Source: Rhizobium sp. Q54 (GTDB lineage: Bacteria; Pseudomonadota; Alphaproteobacteria; SMXQ01). From it: a stretch of DNA of 64,000 nucleotides. Numbering within the stretch: position 1 is the stretch's first letter; every line of letters begins with the position of its first letter. Made by a program: the position numbers and the translations under genes. Below, piece after piece: positions 50,871 through 60,933 of the stretch. The notes below the pieces were generated by a model, which was not told the DNA's origin, ran no database searches, and saw only the letters and a list, made by a program, of their open reading frames with translations. The stretch covers positions 15,585-79,584 of the forward strand of contig CAMAVH010000001.1 in assembly GCA_945861615.1 (NCBI GenBank). The letters run 5' to 3'.

Positions 50871-50992
50871 AAGCCCGAGGGTGACGAATTGGATGTTGTC
50901 ACGCCCGAGGGTGACGGTTTGGGGCGTGGTAAAGCCCGAGGGTGACGAGTTTGGATGCGGCAAAGCCCGAGAGTGACGATTTGGGCGAGCGC
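50871..50992. repeat. Tandem repeat of about 30-31 bp x4 (consensus about cAAGCCCGAGGGTGACGAnTTGGrtGnGg), preceded by two related hairpins (50806-50830; 50860-50886)
   Basis: Units are at 50871-50900, 50901-50931, 50932-50961 and 50962-50992. The upstream palindromes are GCTCGGGCTTGACCCGAGC and CCCTCGGGTCAAGCCCGAGGG. The array is intergenic between the molybdopterin oxidoreductase gene and smpB. Confidence 0.7.
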
Positions 50993-51465
50993 TAGCCCTT
51001 GGCCCTCAGCGTGCGCTGTTTCTCGCGGTTCCAGTCGCGCTGCTTGATCGTCTCGCGCTTGTCGTGCTGCTTCTTGCCCTTGGCGAGGCCGAGCTGGACC
51101 TTGGCCATGCCGCGCGGGTTGAAATAGATCATCAGCGGCACGGCGGTCATGCCCTCGCGGCTGATCGCGCCGAGGATCTTGGCGACTTCGCGCGCTTTGA
51201 GCAGCAATTTCCGCGGCCGCTTCGGCTCGTGGTTGTTGCGGTTGCCGTGGCGGTATTCGGGGATGTGCGAATTGAGCAGCCACAACTCGCCGTTCTGCTC
51301 GGCGGCATAGGCGTCGTTGAGGTTTGCCTGGCCGGCGCGCAGGGATTTCACCTCGGTGCCGAGCAGCATGAGGCCGGCCTCCATCGTCTCTTCGATGAAG
51401 TAGTTGTGCCGCGCCTTGCGGTTCTGGGCCGCGATGCGGTCCGGGCTGATCTCGCCCTTCGCCAT
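50992..51465 (-). CDS. smpB: SsrA-binding protein
   Basis: …[28 protein letters not shown]…. Confidence 0.95.
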   Translation of the reverse strand: MAKGEISPDRIAAQNRKARHNYFIEETMEAGLMLLGTEVKSLRAGQANLNDAYAAEQNGELWLLNSHIPEYRHGNRNNHEPKRPRKLLLKAREVAKILGAISREGMTAVPLMIYFNPRGMAKVQLGLAKGKKQHDKRETIKQRDWNREKQRTLRAKG

Positions 51466-51488
51466 GGTCGCGGTCCCTTTCCTCCACC

Positions 51489-52364
51489 CTACTTCGTCAA
51501 GCCGACATGCTTGAGCGCGGCGCGCACAGCGGCCTTCGAGGTTTCGGCGATCTCGCAGAGCGGCAGACGCAGCTCATCCGAGCACAGGCCCATCAGGCCG
51601 GCGGCATATTTCACCGGGCCGGGGCTCGATTCGATGAACATGGCGTCATGCAGCGGCATCAACAGATCGTTGATCTTGTAGGCCGCCGCATAGTCGCCAC
51701 GGCCCCAAGCGTTCTGCAAATCGGCGCAGAGGCGCGGCGCCACGTTCGAGGTGACGGAGATGCAGCCGTGGCCGCCCTGCGCCAGGAACGGGATCGCCGT
51801 CGCGTCCTCGCCCGAGAGCTGGCAGAACTTATCGTCGATGGCGAGGCGCGTCTTGACCGGGCGCACCAGGTCGGCGGTCGCGTCCTTGACGCCGACGATA
51901 TTCGGATGCTTGGCGAGCTTCGCCATCGTCTCGGTCGTCATGTTGATGATCGAGCGCGCCGGGATGTTGTAGATGATGATCGGCAGGTCGACGGCGTCGG
52001 CGATCGCCATGTAATGGCGATAGAGGCCTTCCTGCGTCGGCTTGTTGTAATAGGGCGTGACATGCAGCGCCGCGTCGGCGCCCGCCTTCTTGGCATGCTG
52101 CGTCAGCGAGATCGCCTCGTCGGTCGAGTTCGAGCCGGCGCCGGCGATGACGAAGGCGCGGCCCTTGGCCACCTCGATGCAGAGTTCCACCACGCGGTGG
52201 TGCTCGTCATGGCTCAGGGTCGGCGATTCGCCGGTGGTGCCGCAGGGCACGAGGCCGTGGGTGCCTTCCTTGATCTGCCAGTCGACGAACGACTGGTAGG
52301 CCTTCTCGTCCACTTTCCCACCCTTGAACGGCGTGAGAAGAGCGGTGATAGACCCCTTGAACAT
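51489..52364 (-). CDS. dapA: 4-hydroxy-tetrahydrodipicolinate synthase
   Basis: [14 protein letters not shown]…GTTGESPTL…[14 protein letters not shown]…. Confidence 0.95.
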   Translation of the reverse strand: MFKGSITALLTPFKGGKVDEKAYQSFVDWQIKEGTHGLVPCGTTGESPTLSHDEHHRVVELCIEVAKGRAFVIAGAGSNSTDEAISLTQHAKKAGADAALHVTPYYNKPTQEGLYRHYMAIADAVDLPIIIYNIPARSIINMTTETMAKLAKHPNIVGVKDATADLVRPVKTRLAIDDKFCQLSGEDATAIPFLAQGGHGCISVTSNVAPRLCADLQNAWGRGDYAAAYKINDLLMPLHDAMFIESSPGPVKYAAGLMGLCSDELRLPLCEIAETSKAAVRAALKHVGLTK

Positions 52365-52664
52365 GATCGGCTCCGATGCGGCTGGATAGGAATGCGAACG
52401 GCGAGCTTATACGAAAGTCTGCCTGGTCGCGGACGGGCCGAACCATAGACGCCCCGATCCTTTGCCGCAAGGCACAGGGCCGCATACGTTCCTAGCCCGA
52501 CGTATAAGAAAAACGCCTTGTGCGACCGAGGCTTGGCGCTGGCGGCGGAGGCGCTTACAATGGGCACATATCAAGAACCGCCGCCGCGCGCGACCGTCGC
52601 CCCCCTCGAAGGGAGCCCATCGCGCCAGGCGGCCAAAGGACCGGGTCCGGCTTTGACGATTCGC

Positions 52665-54653
52665 ATGCTTCGCGCGGCCTTGATCGCCGCGACCCTGGGC
52701 GCCGCTTTGCTGCCCGGCCTGACGCCCGCCGCCTTGGCACAGTCGGCGGCCGAGAAATCCGCCGCGCCGCAGCTGCTCGCCGCCGCCGAGCGGCGCGCCT
52801 GGGCCGACGCGCGCAACATCGCCGCCGCCGCGCGCTCGCCGCTGCTCGCCAAACTCGCCGCCTGGCTCGAATATACGACGCCGGGCACCCGCGCCTCGTT
52901 CGACGAAATCGCCGCCTTCATCAAGGCCAACCCGGAATGGCCGCAGCAGGCCATCCTGCGCCGCGCCGCCGAAGAGGCGATGACCGCCGACATCTCCGAG
53001 CGCACGGTGCTCGCCTGGTTCGCCGAGGGCGAGCCGCGCAGCACCCAGGGCCGCATGCGGCTGATCGTCGCGCTTCAGAACAGCGGCCGCCATGAAGAGG
53101 CCGTCGCCTATATCCGCAAGACCTGGATCGAGAGCAACTTCGGCACCGACCAGGAGCGCGAGTTCCTGAAACTTCACGGCGGCCAGCTGCGCAAACAAGA
53201 ACATCAGGCGCGCGTCGATCGCCTGCTGTGGGACGGGCGCGGCGCCGAGGCCCAACGCATCCTCAAACGTCTCGACAATGGCTATCAGCTCGTCGCTCAG
53301 GCGCGCATCCAATTGCGCGGCATGGGCAGCGGCGTCGAAGCGGCCATCCGCAAGGTGCCGAAAGAACTGCTGAACGATCCGGGACTGATCTACGAGCGGG
53401 TGCGCTGGCGCCGCCGCAAGGAGCTCGACGTCGAAGCGCGCCAGCTTCTGATGAATCCGCCGAAGGAACTGGTGCGGCCCGACGCCTGGTGGAGCGAGCG
53501 CGCCATCCTCGCGCGCCGCGCCCTGCGCACCGGCGAGGCGAGCGTCGCCTACGATCTCGTCGGCAAGCAGAGCATGGCGAGCGGCGTAGCGCTGGCCGAA
53601 TCGGAATGGCTCGCCGGCTGGATCTCGCTGCGCTTCCTCGGCAATCCGCAGCGCGCCTACACGCATTTCGTCCGGCTCCATGAAAACGTGCGCTTCCCCG
53701 TGTCGCTGGCGCGCGGCGCCTATTGGGCGGCCCGCGCCGCCGAGGCCAAGGGCGACAGCAAGCTGGCGCTGCAGTGGTATTCCAAGGCGGCGACCCATGT
53801 GACCAGCTTCTACGGCCAACTCGCCGCCGTTCATCTGCGCGACGAGATCGGCGCCCTGCTGCCGACCGATCCCAAGCCGTCGCCCGACCTGCGCAAGGCC
53901 TTCAACGAGCGCGAACTGGTCAAGGCCTCGCGGCTCGTCGCCGGTTCGCGCGACCGCCGCATGCTGCGCGTCTTCTCGCTCGCCCTGGTCGAGCAGGTGC
54001 ACAGCGCCGAGGAGCAGGAACTGGTCACAGAACTGGCCGGCGAACTGGGCCGCCCCGATCTCGCCGTCACCGCCGCCAAATTCGCCGTGCGGCGCGGCGT
54101 GCAGCTCGTCTCCACCGGCTATCCGGTCAAAGGCGTGCCGATCCGCGACGCCAACGGCGTTGAGCGCGAGCTGCTGCTCGGCCTGATGCGCCAGGAAAGC
54201 GCCTTCGACGTCGAGGCGATCAGCCCGGCCGGGGCGCGCGGCCTGATGCAGATCATGCCTTCGACCGCCAAGGGCCTCGCCAAGCAGACCGGCCTGCCCT
54301 ACGCCGTCGAACGGCTCACCGGCGACGCCGACTACAACGTCGCGCTCGGCAGCCGCTATCTGCGCGACCTGATCAACGACTTCAGCGGCTCCTACGTCAT
54401 GGCCATCGCCGGCTACAACGCCGGGCCGGGCCGCGTACGCGCCTGGATCCGGGCCTATGGCGATCCGCGCGCCGGCGCGCTCGACATCATCGACTGGATC
54501 GAGCTGATCCCGTTCGACGAGACGCGCGACTATGTCCATCGCGTGCTGGAGAACACCCAGGTCTATCGCACCCGGCTGGCGGGCGGAAAGCCGGTGACGC
54601 TGACCCTGCGCGACGATCTCGACCGGCCGCGCAGCATGATCGCCAAGCGCTGA
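52665..54653 (+). CDS. Soluble lytic murein transglycosylase (Slt family)
   Basis: Signal peptide MLRAALIAATLGAALLPGLTPAALAQS, a superhelical N-terminal domain and a C-terminal SLT catalytic domain (LLLGLMRQESAFDVEAISPAGARGLMQIMPSTA…AGYNAGPGRVRAW). An alternative start is at 52560. Confidence 0.9.
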   Translation: MLRAALIAATLGAALLPGLTPAALAQSAAEKSAAPQLLAAAERRAWADARNIAAAARSPLLAKLAAWLEYTTPGTRASFDEIAAFIKANPEWPQQAILRRAAEEAMTADISERTVLAWFAEGEPRSTQGRMRLIVALQNSGRHEEAVAYIRKTWIESNFGTDQEREFLKLHGGQLRKQEHQARVDRLLWDGRGAEAQRILKRLDNGYQLVAQARIQLRGMGSGVEAAIRKVPKELLNDPGLIYERVRWRRRKELDVEARQLLMNPPKELVRPDAWWSERAILARRALRTGEASVAYDLVGKQSMASGVALAESEWLAGWISLRFLGNPQRAYTHFVRLHENVRFPVSLARGAYWAARAAEAKGDSKLALQWYSKAATHVTSFYGQLAAVHLRDEIGALLPTDPKPSPDLRKAFNERELVKASRLVAGSRDRRMLRVFSLALVEQVHSAEEQELVTELAGELGRPDLAVTAAKFAVRRGVQLVSTGYPVKGVPIRDANGVERELLLGLMRQESAFDVEAISPAGARGLMQIMPSTAKGLAKQTGLPYAVERLTGDADYNVALGSRYLRDLINDFSGSYVMAIAGYNAGPGRVRAWIRAYGDPRAGALDIIDWIELIPFDETRDYVHRVLENTQVYRTRLAGGKPVTLTLRDDLDRPRSMIAKR

Positions 54654-54681
54654 GCGCCATTCGCCGCGCAAAGAAAAAGGG

Positions 54682-54710
54682 CGACGCCATGGCGTCGCCC
54701 TTTCGCATTC
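54682..54710. terminator. Bidirectional rho-independent terminator between the convergent slt and tctC-like genes
   Basis: AAAAAGGGCGACGCC-atg-GCGTCGCCCTTTCG. Confidence 0.6.
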
Positions 54711-54723
54711 GCTCGAGGTTCGC

Positions 54724-55758
54724 TTACTCGACGAGCGCCTTGGCCCGCGCCACTAGCGGCGCCGGCGTGGCGATCAGCTTGGCGGCCAGGGTCTGCATCG
54801 ATTCGCCGGCGATCGGCGAAATCTCGACCTTCAGCTTGCCGGCCTCGCCGAGCAGTTCGGGATCCTTGGTCATCGCCACGAAGGCCGCGCGCATCGCCTT
54901 GACGCGGTCGGCCGGCACGCCCGGACCCATGGCGAAGGGCCGGCCGAACTCGGCGCCGGAGAAGACCAAGTTCATCACCTGGATATCGTCGGGATTTTTC
55001 ACCAGCTCGGCCATCGACGGCACGCCGTCCGGCATGTCCTTGGGCTTGGGGCCGGCGTACATCAGCACGACGAACTGGCCGTTCTTGATCCAATCCATGC
55101 GCGAGGTCACCCAACTCGCCCAGCTGGTGGCGCGCGCGCCGACTTCGCCGCGCTCCATGGCGGTGTTCATGTCCGGCGAGCCGCTGTAGCCGGTGATGAC
55201 CTTGAACTTGGTGCCGAGCAGCGCGTTCATCGTTTCCGCGATATAGCTCGAATTTGCGCCCTTGCCGGTGGCCGCGGCGGCGATGGTCTTCTTTTTGGCG
55301 TCCTCGATCGTCTTGACGTTCTCAGTGTGCCAGACGCCCATCGATTCGACGGCGGGCGATAAGGAGCCGACCCACTGGAACTTCGAGGCGTCGAACTGCA
55401 CGCCTTGCGCGCGGATGGCGTGAACCATGGCGACGGAGTTCATCAACAAACCGAGATTGCTGCCGTCTTGCGGAAGGCTGTTGTAGATCGCGTTGGCGAC
55501 GCGGATGCCGCCGGCGCCGGGCATATTCTGCGGCACGACGCGCGGGGCGCCGGGCAGGTGCTTGCCGATATGGCGACCGACGAGACGACCTTCGAAGTCG
55601 TAGCCGCTGCCTGCCGCCGTGGCGATCATCACGTTGACGGTGGCGCTTTTATAGAAGTCGGCTGCCGATTGCGCGAGCGCCGGCACCGGCGCGGCGAGCG
55701 GCGCGACGGCGCATGCCGTGGCAAAAAGGGCCGTTTTGAAAGAAATACGAGAGGTCAT
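54724..55758 (-). CDS. Orphan tripartite tricarboxylate transporter substrate-binding protein (TctC/Bug family)
   Basis: Signal peptide plus SAADFYKSATVNVMIATAAGSGYDFEGRLVGRHIGKHLPG…NMPGAGGIRVANAIY…DG(S/Y)…L, the Bug-family N-terminal consensus. It is paralogous to the tctC at the window end. Confidence 0.75.
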   Translation of the reverse strand: MTSRISFKTALFATACAVAPLAAPVPALAQSAADFYKSATVNVMIATAAGSGYDFEGRLVGRHIGKHLPGAPRVVPQNMPGAGGIRVANAIYNSLPQDGSNLGLLMNSVAMVHAIRAQGVQFDASKFQWVGSLSPAVESMGVWHTENVKTIEDAKKKTIAAAATGKGANSSYIAETMNALLGTKFKVITGYSGSPDMNTAMERGEVGARATSWASWVTSRMDWIKNGQFVVLMYAGPKPKDMPDGVPSMAELVKNPDDIQVMNLVFSGAEFGRPFAMGPGVPADRVKAMRAAFVAMTKDPELLGEAGKLKVEISPIAGESMQTLAAKLIATPAPLVARAKALVE

Positions 55759-55914
55759 CGATTGCTCCTACAAGTCAGACAGCGCCAGGGGGCGGCGTTG
55801 CCCTTAAAGATGCAATGTTCAGGCCAGCGAGGCTCAGGCCCCCAAACGAAGACCATCGCAACTCTATCCAGCGAAATGAATCGCGCCCAGCGAAACAGCT
55901 GGGCGCGCGTTGTT

Positions 55915-56418
55915 TCACGCGGCGGTCGCTTCGCGCGGCTGGGGCGATTCGCCCTCGGCCGCCTGGCTGTCCGCGGCGGGCGCCTCGACATCGGACGGCG
56001 AGTCGCCATCGACTGTCGCGTCGGGTTGATCCTCGACCACAGTGGCCACGGCGAGATGCCGGCAATGGCCTTCGAGGAACGCGCCGGATTCGATGATCAG
56101 ATTGCTGTGCACGACGTCGCCGACGACGCGCGCGCTGGCGCCGAGCACGACGTTCTCCGCCGTGATCTGGCCGTTGACCTGGCCTTGGATATAGACGCTG
56201 TCGGCCTCGATCGAACCGTTCACCGCCGCGCCCTGGCTGATCGTCAAGGTGCGGCTTTTGACGTCGCCATCGACGATACCGTCGACCTGCACGTCGCCGG
56301 CGCTGACCAGATTGCCGACGATGCGCAAGCTGGCGCTGATGATCGAGGGCACTTGCTTGCGCGCGTCCGCCTTCGGGGCCGCCACGTCGCCGTTGGACTT
56401 CTTAGCCTTTGAAAACAT
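55915..56418 (-). CDS. Bactofilin-family cytoskeletal protein
   Basis: …SIISASLRIVGNLVSAGDVQVDGIVDGDVKSRTLTISQGAAVNGSIEADSVYIQGQVNGQITAENVVLGASARVVGDVV… shows DUF583 beta-helical repeats with an acidic tail. Confidence 0.85.
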   Translation of the reverse strand: MFSKAKKSNGDVAAPKADARKQVPSIISASLRIVGNLVSAGDVQVDGIVDGDVKSRTLTISQGAAVNGSIEADSVYIQGQVNGQITAENVVLGASARVVGDVVHSNLIIESGAFLEGHCRHLAVATVVEDQPDATVDGDSPSDVEAPAADSQAAEGESPQPREATAA

Positions 56419-57733
56419 GACGTCCTGCCTGGATGAATTTCATGGGATCGACGGGCTTGCCGTTCACCTGGATTTCGTAATGCACATGCACGCCGGTGGC
56501 CCGTCCGGTCTGGCCCATCAGGCCGATCTTCTGACGGATGCCGACGGTTTGCCCCTTCTGCACCAGCGTGCTGCTGAGGTGGCCGTAGCGCGTGATGATG
56601 CCCATGCCATGGTCGATGTCGATCGACAGGCCGTAATCGCCGTTGCGACCGACCGCGACGACGGTGCCGGGGCCGGTGCTGAAGATCGGCGATTTCATCT
56701 GGCCGGTCAGATCGACGCCGTAATGCACCGCCCATTCGCCGTTGAACGGATCCTTGCGGCGGCCGAACGCGCTCATCACCGTGAAATTGTCCGTCGGCGC
56801 GGCGAGCGGCAGGCGGCGGACGATGAGCTGCAGGTCGTCCCAGCGGTCGATGTGGTTGTTGAGCGCGACGAAGGACGCGTCCGGCGACAGGTCGGCGCCG
56901 GGCGCCGGCTTGCCCTTGGTCGCCGGCTTCGCCTTGGCGAGCGGCGCGGCGACGAACGGGCCGCCGATCCCGCCCTGCGGATTGATGCGCGCCAACAGGC
57001 GCTCGGGATCGAGCCCGGTCATGCCGATGATCTCGCGCGCTTCCTCGATGCTGCCGGCGGTGCGCGCCGCCAGCTTGTCGAGCACCTTCTTCTGCGCCAG
57101 TTGAAGATCGACCAGACGCTGCTCCAATTCGCCGGCGCGCGCCTGCAAGCGGCCGTGCTCCTGCAAAGCGCGGGCGCGCTCGGCCAGCGCCACCTGCAGT
57201 TCGCCGCTGCGCGCGTCGAGCGAGCCGAGCAGGCGATCCTTCTCGTTCGCCGTGTCGCGCAGAGAATCCTCGAGCTGGCGCATTTGCGAGCGCAGCGCCT
57301 CGCGCGAGGCGAGAATGCGTCCGCGCTCGGCTTCGCTGGTGTCGAGCTCGCCGCGCACCTGATTCAGACTTTGCTTGAGAGTGCCGTTCTGCTCGAGCAC
57401 GCCGAGCAGATAGGCATGCTTGGCTTCGAGGCTTTGGGTGATCAGCTTGTAGCGAATCTCGGCGTCGGTCGATTCCGACTGCAGCGCGCGGTAGGCCTGC
57501 TTCATGCGGCCGATTTCGGCGTTCTTCGCGGAAATGATGGTGTCATGGAAGACCTGTTCGGCGGTGGTGTAGGCGAACCAGCCGAGCACGCCCAGCACGA
57601 CGGCGACGATGCCGAGCTGCGCATTGCGGCCAAGGCGCAGGAAGCGTACGCGGCCGTTGCTTCGAAGGAGGATTTCCCGTTCGGGGAAGGCACGCACGAA
57701 AGCCCGCCCCACGGCTACCGCCGCGGCCCGCAT
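56402..57733 (-). CDS. M23-family (LytM-type) metallopeptidase with an N-terminal TM anchor and a long coiled-coil
   Basis: TM LGIVAVVLGVLGWFAYTTA, an extended coiled-coil, and a C-terminal M23 domain (HYGVDLTGQ…GLSIDIDHGMGIITRYGHLSS…GQTGRATGVHVHYEI). It overlaps the bactofilin gene by 17 nt. Start at the internal ATG 57733. Confidence 0.85.
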   Translation of the reverse strand: MRAAAVAVGRAFVRAFPEREILLRSNGRVRFLRLGRNAQLGIVAVVLGVLGWFAYTTAEQVFHDTIISAKNAEIGRMKQAYRALQSESTDAEIRYKLITQSLEAKHAYLLGVLEQNGTLKQSLNQVRGELDTSEAERGRILASREALRSQMRQLEDSLRDTANEKDRLLGSLDARSGELQVALAERARALQEHGRLQARAGELEQRLVDLQLAQKKVLDKLAARTAGSIEEAREIIGMTGLDPERLLARINPQGGIGGPFVAAPLAKAKPATKGKPAPGADLSPDASFVALNNHIDRWDDLQLIVRRLPLAAPTDNFTVMSAFGRRKDPFNGEWAVHYGVDLTGQMKSPIFSTGPGTVVAVGRNGDYGLSIDIDHGMGIITRYGHLSSTLVQKGQTVGIRQKIGLMGQTGRATGVHVHYEIQVNGKPVDPMKFIQAGRHVFKG

Positions 57734-58133
57734 CGCGCTCTTCACACGTCCGCTCTTCCCCGCGGACACGAAAGACCAGGTGGCTCCTGGTGACTGCAAG
57801 ACTTCCCCGTCTCGGTCGTGGCTGTGATGACCCCCACTCGAGCCGGGCGCGCACCTCATGTGCCCGCCCTGAAGCGATCCCCGCGTCGCGCGTTGCCGGC
57901 ACCTTCCCCGTGCCTGCCTCACGTTCCCCGCCGCGCGGATCGCGGCCCTCGTAAAAGCCGCGACTGTCCGTCCCGACGACGCCCGAAGGGTCGCCGCAAC
58001 CGACCGGGAGACCGTAACGAATCAAAGACGACTCTTTCAAGCGCTTTGACTCGCCTGTCATCTCGCTGAAATGAATAGATAAATCTCGAATTGTCGGAAT
58101 CGGGCGGTGACGCCGGAACCTTTGCCTTAAAAA

Positions 58134-59474
58134 TCAGCGCCCTAGCGAACTGCTCTCAGAATAAGCATTGGGATTGCGCCAGACGTACCAAGCCATCCAG
58201 ATCACGATGATCAAAAGGATAGCTCCGATCAGCAGGAAACTGCTGGTCAGGCCCGACAGCTCCACCACCGCGCCCATCAGCAGCGGCACCACCAGAGAGG
58301 AGACCCGATTGACCGTGGTGCGCAGCCCGACGCTCAACCCCTGCTGGTCGCGGCTCACCGCCTTCGACAACAACGACAGCAGCGTCGGGAAACACAGGCC
58401 GATGCTGACGCCGTAGCCGATGGCGCAGGCCATGAGCGGCCAGAAGCTCGTCATCAGCGGCGTGACCGAGATGAACAAAATGCTGAAGCCGGTGCCGACG
58501 ATCATCAGCCAAGCCGGCTTGATCCAGCGTTTGGGCAGGTTGATCAGCGCCGCCGGGCCGGCGATCAGGTTGGCGCAGGACACCAAGAGGCCGATCGCCG
58601 TGCCCGACATATCGATCTGCTCGAGATAGACGATGTAGAACGAGGTCTGCATGCCGTACACGGCGATCCTCATGAAGGTGAAGATCATCACCAGGCCGAT
58701 CACCGGCACGGCGCAGAGGGCCAGGGCGCGCAGGTAATCGGCGCCGCGCGGCACTAAGTCCATGATGCGGAGCGGCTTGGCCGGCGGGTCGATGTCGCGC
58801 GGCAGCACGATCACCAGGATCAGCGTCGCCAGAGACCAGAAGGCCAGCGCGGCGAAGGCGCCGATCGCCCCGACATGATCCCACAGGACGCCGCCGAGCA
58901 ACGGGCCGGCGAACATGCCGAAATTCGTGAAGAAAGTGACCCAGCCGGCATGTTTGACGCTGCCGCGCGCCAGCTGGCCGTAGAGCGTTTGCGAGCCGAT
59001 CCAGGTCAGCCCTTGGGTCAGGCCGGTGATCAGCTGCAGCAGGATCAGAGCCCACACCCAAGGCATCGCCGGATAGAGCGGAAAGAGCGCCAGCGTGATG
59101 ACGGAAAAGAACAGCATGATCCGGCGCGTACCCAGCCGGTCCATCAGCACGCCGCCATGGACCGACAGGAACATCGGCAAAAAGGACCGCGCGGCGACGA
59201 TGATGCCGATCCACAAGGGCGAGGCGCCGAGTTGGAGCGCCCACAGCGAGACGACCACGGCGGACATCGGCACGGTGCTCAAGCTGAAGAACGAGGTGCC
59301 GTAGATGCCGATCAGAACGCGCAACGAAGACGACGCCGGGGACGCGGGAGGTATCGCGGGCGGTTTGGCGCCGCCGGCGTCGGGGGATGTGGACATGAAA
59401 CCGAGGATCAGAGGTGACGGTCGGTCCCGCGGGTCGCGCAGGACGCGCGCGGCAGGCCAATTCGACAGGATCAC
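58134..59474 (-). CDS. MFS transporter
   Basis: 446 aa with 12 TM helices. Confidence 0.8.
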   Translation of the reverse strand: MILSNWPAARVLRDPRDRPSPLILGFMSTSPDAGGAKPPAIPPASPASSSLRVLIGIYGTSFFSLSTVPMSAVVVSLWALQLGASPLWIGIIVAARSFLPMFLSVHGGVLMDRLGTRRIMLFFSVITLALFPLYPAMPWVWALILLQLITGLTQGLTWIGSQTLYGQLARGSVKHAGWVTFFTNFGMFAGPLLGGVLWDHVGAIGAFAALAFWSLATLILVIVLPRDIDPPAKPLRIMDLVPRGADYLRALALCAVPVIGLVMIFTFMRIAVYGMQTSFYIVYLEQIDMSGTAIGLLVSCANLIAGPAALINLPKRWIKPAWLMIVGTGFSILFISVTPLMTSFWPLMACAIGYGVSIGLCFPTLLSLLSKAVSRDQQGLSVGLRTTVNRVSSLVVPLLMGAVVELSGLTSSFLLIGAILLIIVIWMAWYVWRNPNAYSESSSLGR

Positions 59475-59675
59475 CGCTACTTAGCGCATCGCTCGCGGTC
59501 GGTAAGCCTATTTTTCACTCATCCCGCAGTGCGGAACGGCCTGCCGGGCCCCGAAACCCATGGCAGAGCGAAAACGAATGGGCTATGACTTTGGCGTTTA
59601 TAAACAGGGTTTTTGCTCGGCATTTCCGACCGAGACGCAGGCCCTGACCATCTCATTCGTTAGGAGTGCGCCGAT

Positions 59676-60278
59676 ATGGCAGACGACGTCCTTAAGGACA
59701 CTGAAACAGATACCTTTATTAAGCCGGGCGAAGTCGGCCACAACCAGGGCAAGGAAGTGGTGTGGGAGCGCTGGCAGAAGAAGCGCACCTTCGTCCGCGC
59801 CCTCGAAGGCACCTACGGCGAAGTCTACAAGAGCCTGTTCACCCAGCCGCGCGTCTATTCCACGACGGACTGGAAGTGGAAGGGCGGCCCGCACAACTAC
59901 GGCAAGAAGATCATCAATCCGCAGTCCGTGGAGATCGCCCAGTCGATCGAATGCCATGTCGATTGCTACGCGCCGGGCGGCCATGGCCAGAAGCACGGCC
60001 ACATGAACTCCGCGGTGTTCTTCGTCCTCAAGGGCAAGGGCTACGACATTCATGACACCGTGAAGCTGCCGTGGGAAGCCGGCGACGCCTGCATCGTCGA
60101 GAACGGCTGCGTCCACCAGCACTTCAACGCCGATCCCGATAACGAGGGCATCGTGCTGATCATGAAGGCGAAGCCCCTCTTCCTCTTCATGCACATGATC
60201 TTCCAGAAGATGGTCGAGTACCCGCCGACGACTCCTCCGCCGGGCCAGGAAAACTACAAGCCGCCGACCAATCTCTAA
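59676..60278 (+). CDS. Cupin-domain metalloprotein (paralog 1)
   Basis: Motif 1 GGHGQKHGHMNSAVFFVLKGKG and motif 2 GDACIVENGCVHQHFN (G-x2-H-x3-N) match the two-motif cupin signature. The tail is Pro-rich. Confidence 0.7.
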   Translation: MADDVLKDTETDTFIKPGEVGHNQGKEVVWERWQKKRTFVRALEGTYGEVYKSLFTQPRVYSTTDWKWKGGPHNYGKKIINPQSVEIAQSIECHVDCYAPGGHGQKHGHMNSAVFFVLKGKGYDIHDTVKLPWEAGDACIVENGCVHQHFNADPDNEGIVLIMKAKPLFLFMHMIFQKMVEYPPTTPPPGQENYKPPTNL

Positions 60279-60354
60279 TCGGCAGGCCTTTAGCTATCCA
60301 CCATTCATCGGGCGCGTCGAGATACGCCGCCCGCGCTAGGAAGAGAGATTTCAT

Positions 60355-60900
60355 ATGTACGCTGACGAGAAAGCCAAGGCGAAGTCCAATATCTTCTGCA
60401 ATTACTATGCAGAAGGTCTTGCCGAGTCCGCCGCGTTCCGCAAGGACTACAAAGACAACTACCGGAAGGTCATCAAGGCGCACGAGATGCCGATGGAGCG
60501 CTCGCCCGACGGCCTGATCAAGCACATCATCCATGAGAAGATGAAGACGACGGAGATGTGCATCGACGTCTACATGCAGTTCCTCGAAGGCGGCCAGTCG
60601 ACCGGCAAGACCCGCCACCTGACGGAAGAGATCATGTTCGTCGTCGAGGGCAAGGGCTACGACCTGCACTGGGACGTCGAGTTCGACTGTAAGGACAAGT
60701 TCGAATGGGAATGGGCCGCGACGCCCAAGAAATTCGAATGGAAGGAAGGCGACTTCCTCTACATCCCGCCATATGTCGCGCATCAGCGCTTCAACGCCGA
60801 TCCGAAGAACGAGGCGCGCGTCGTCGTGATCAACAGCCGCATCGTCAAGAAGATGGGCTTCGACTGGTTCGAGCAGATCGAGAACGCCGAGGGCTTCTAA
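60355..60900 (+). CDS. Cupin-domain protein (paralog 2, with a partly degenerate metal site)
   Basis: It is homologous to the upstream gene (MFVVEGKGYDLHWDV versus FFVLKGKGYDIHDTV; PPYVAHQRFNADPKNE versus NGCVHQHFNADPDNE), but motif 1 keeps only one His (GKTRHLTEE). Confidence 0.7.
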   Translation: MYADEKAKAKSNIFCNYYAEGLAESAAFRKDYKDNYRKVIKAHEMPMERSPDGLIKHIIHEKMKTTEMCIDVYMQFLEGGQSTGKTRHLTEEIMFVVEGKGYDLHWDVEFDCKDKFEWEWAATPKKFEWKEGDFLYIPPYVAHQRFNADPKNEARVVVINSRIVKKMGFDWFEQIENAEGF

Positions 60901-60933
60901 CCTTCGGGCTATTGCGAAAAGATCGCAAAATCA

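Noticed and set aside
50871-50992. Possible CRISPR array.
   Set aside because: The repeat core is about 17 bp and the spacers are about 14 bp; there are only four units, no cas genes anywhere in the window, and the units are nearly identical overall. This is a tandem or minisatellite-type repeat, not CRISPR.
57734-58133. Looked for a tRNA, tmRNA or 6S-like RNA in the ~400-bp intergenic region.
   Set aside because: No cloverleaf or known RNA-family signature could be recognised by eye. It is kept only as a low-confidence leader/sRNA candidate within the bactofilin finding.
59520-59676. Sigma-54-type promoter (TGGC…TTGC) upstream of the cupin pair.
   Set aside because: The spacing between the GG and GC elements is about 20 nt rather than 10, so it does not fit the -24/-12 consensus.
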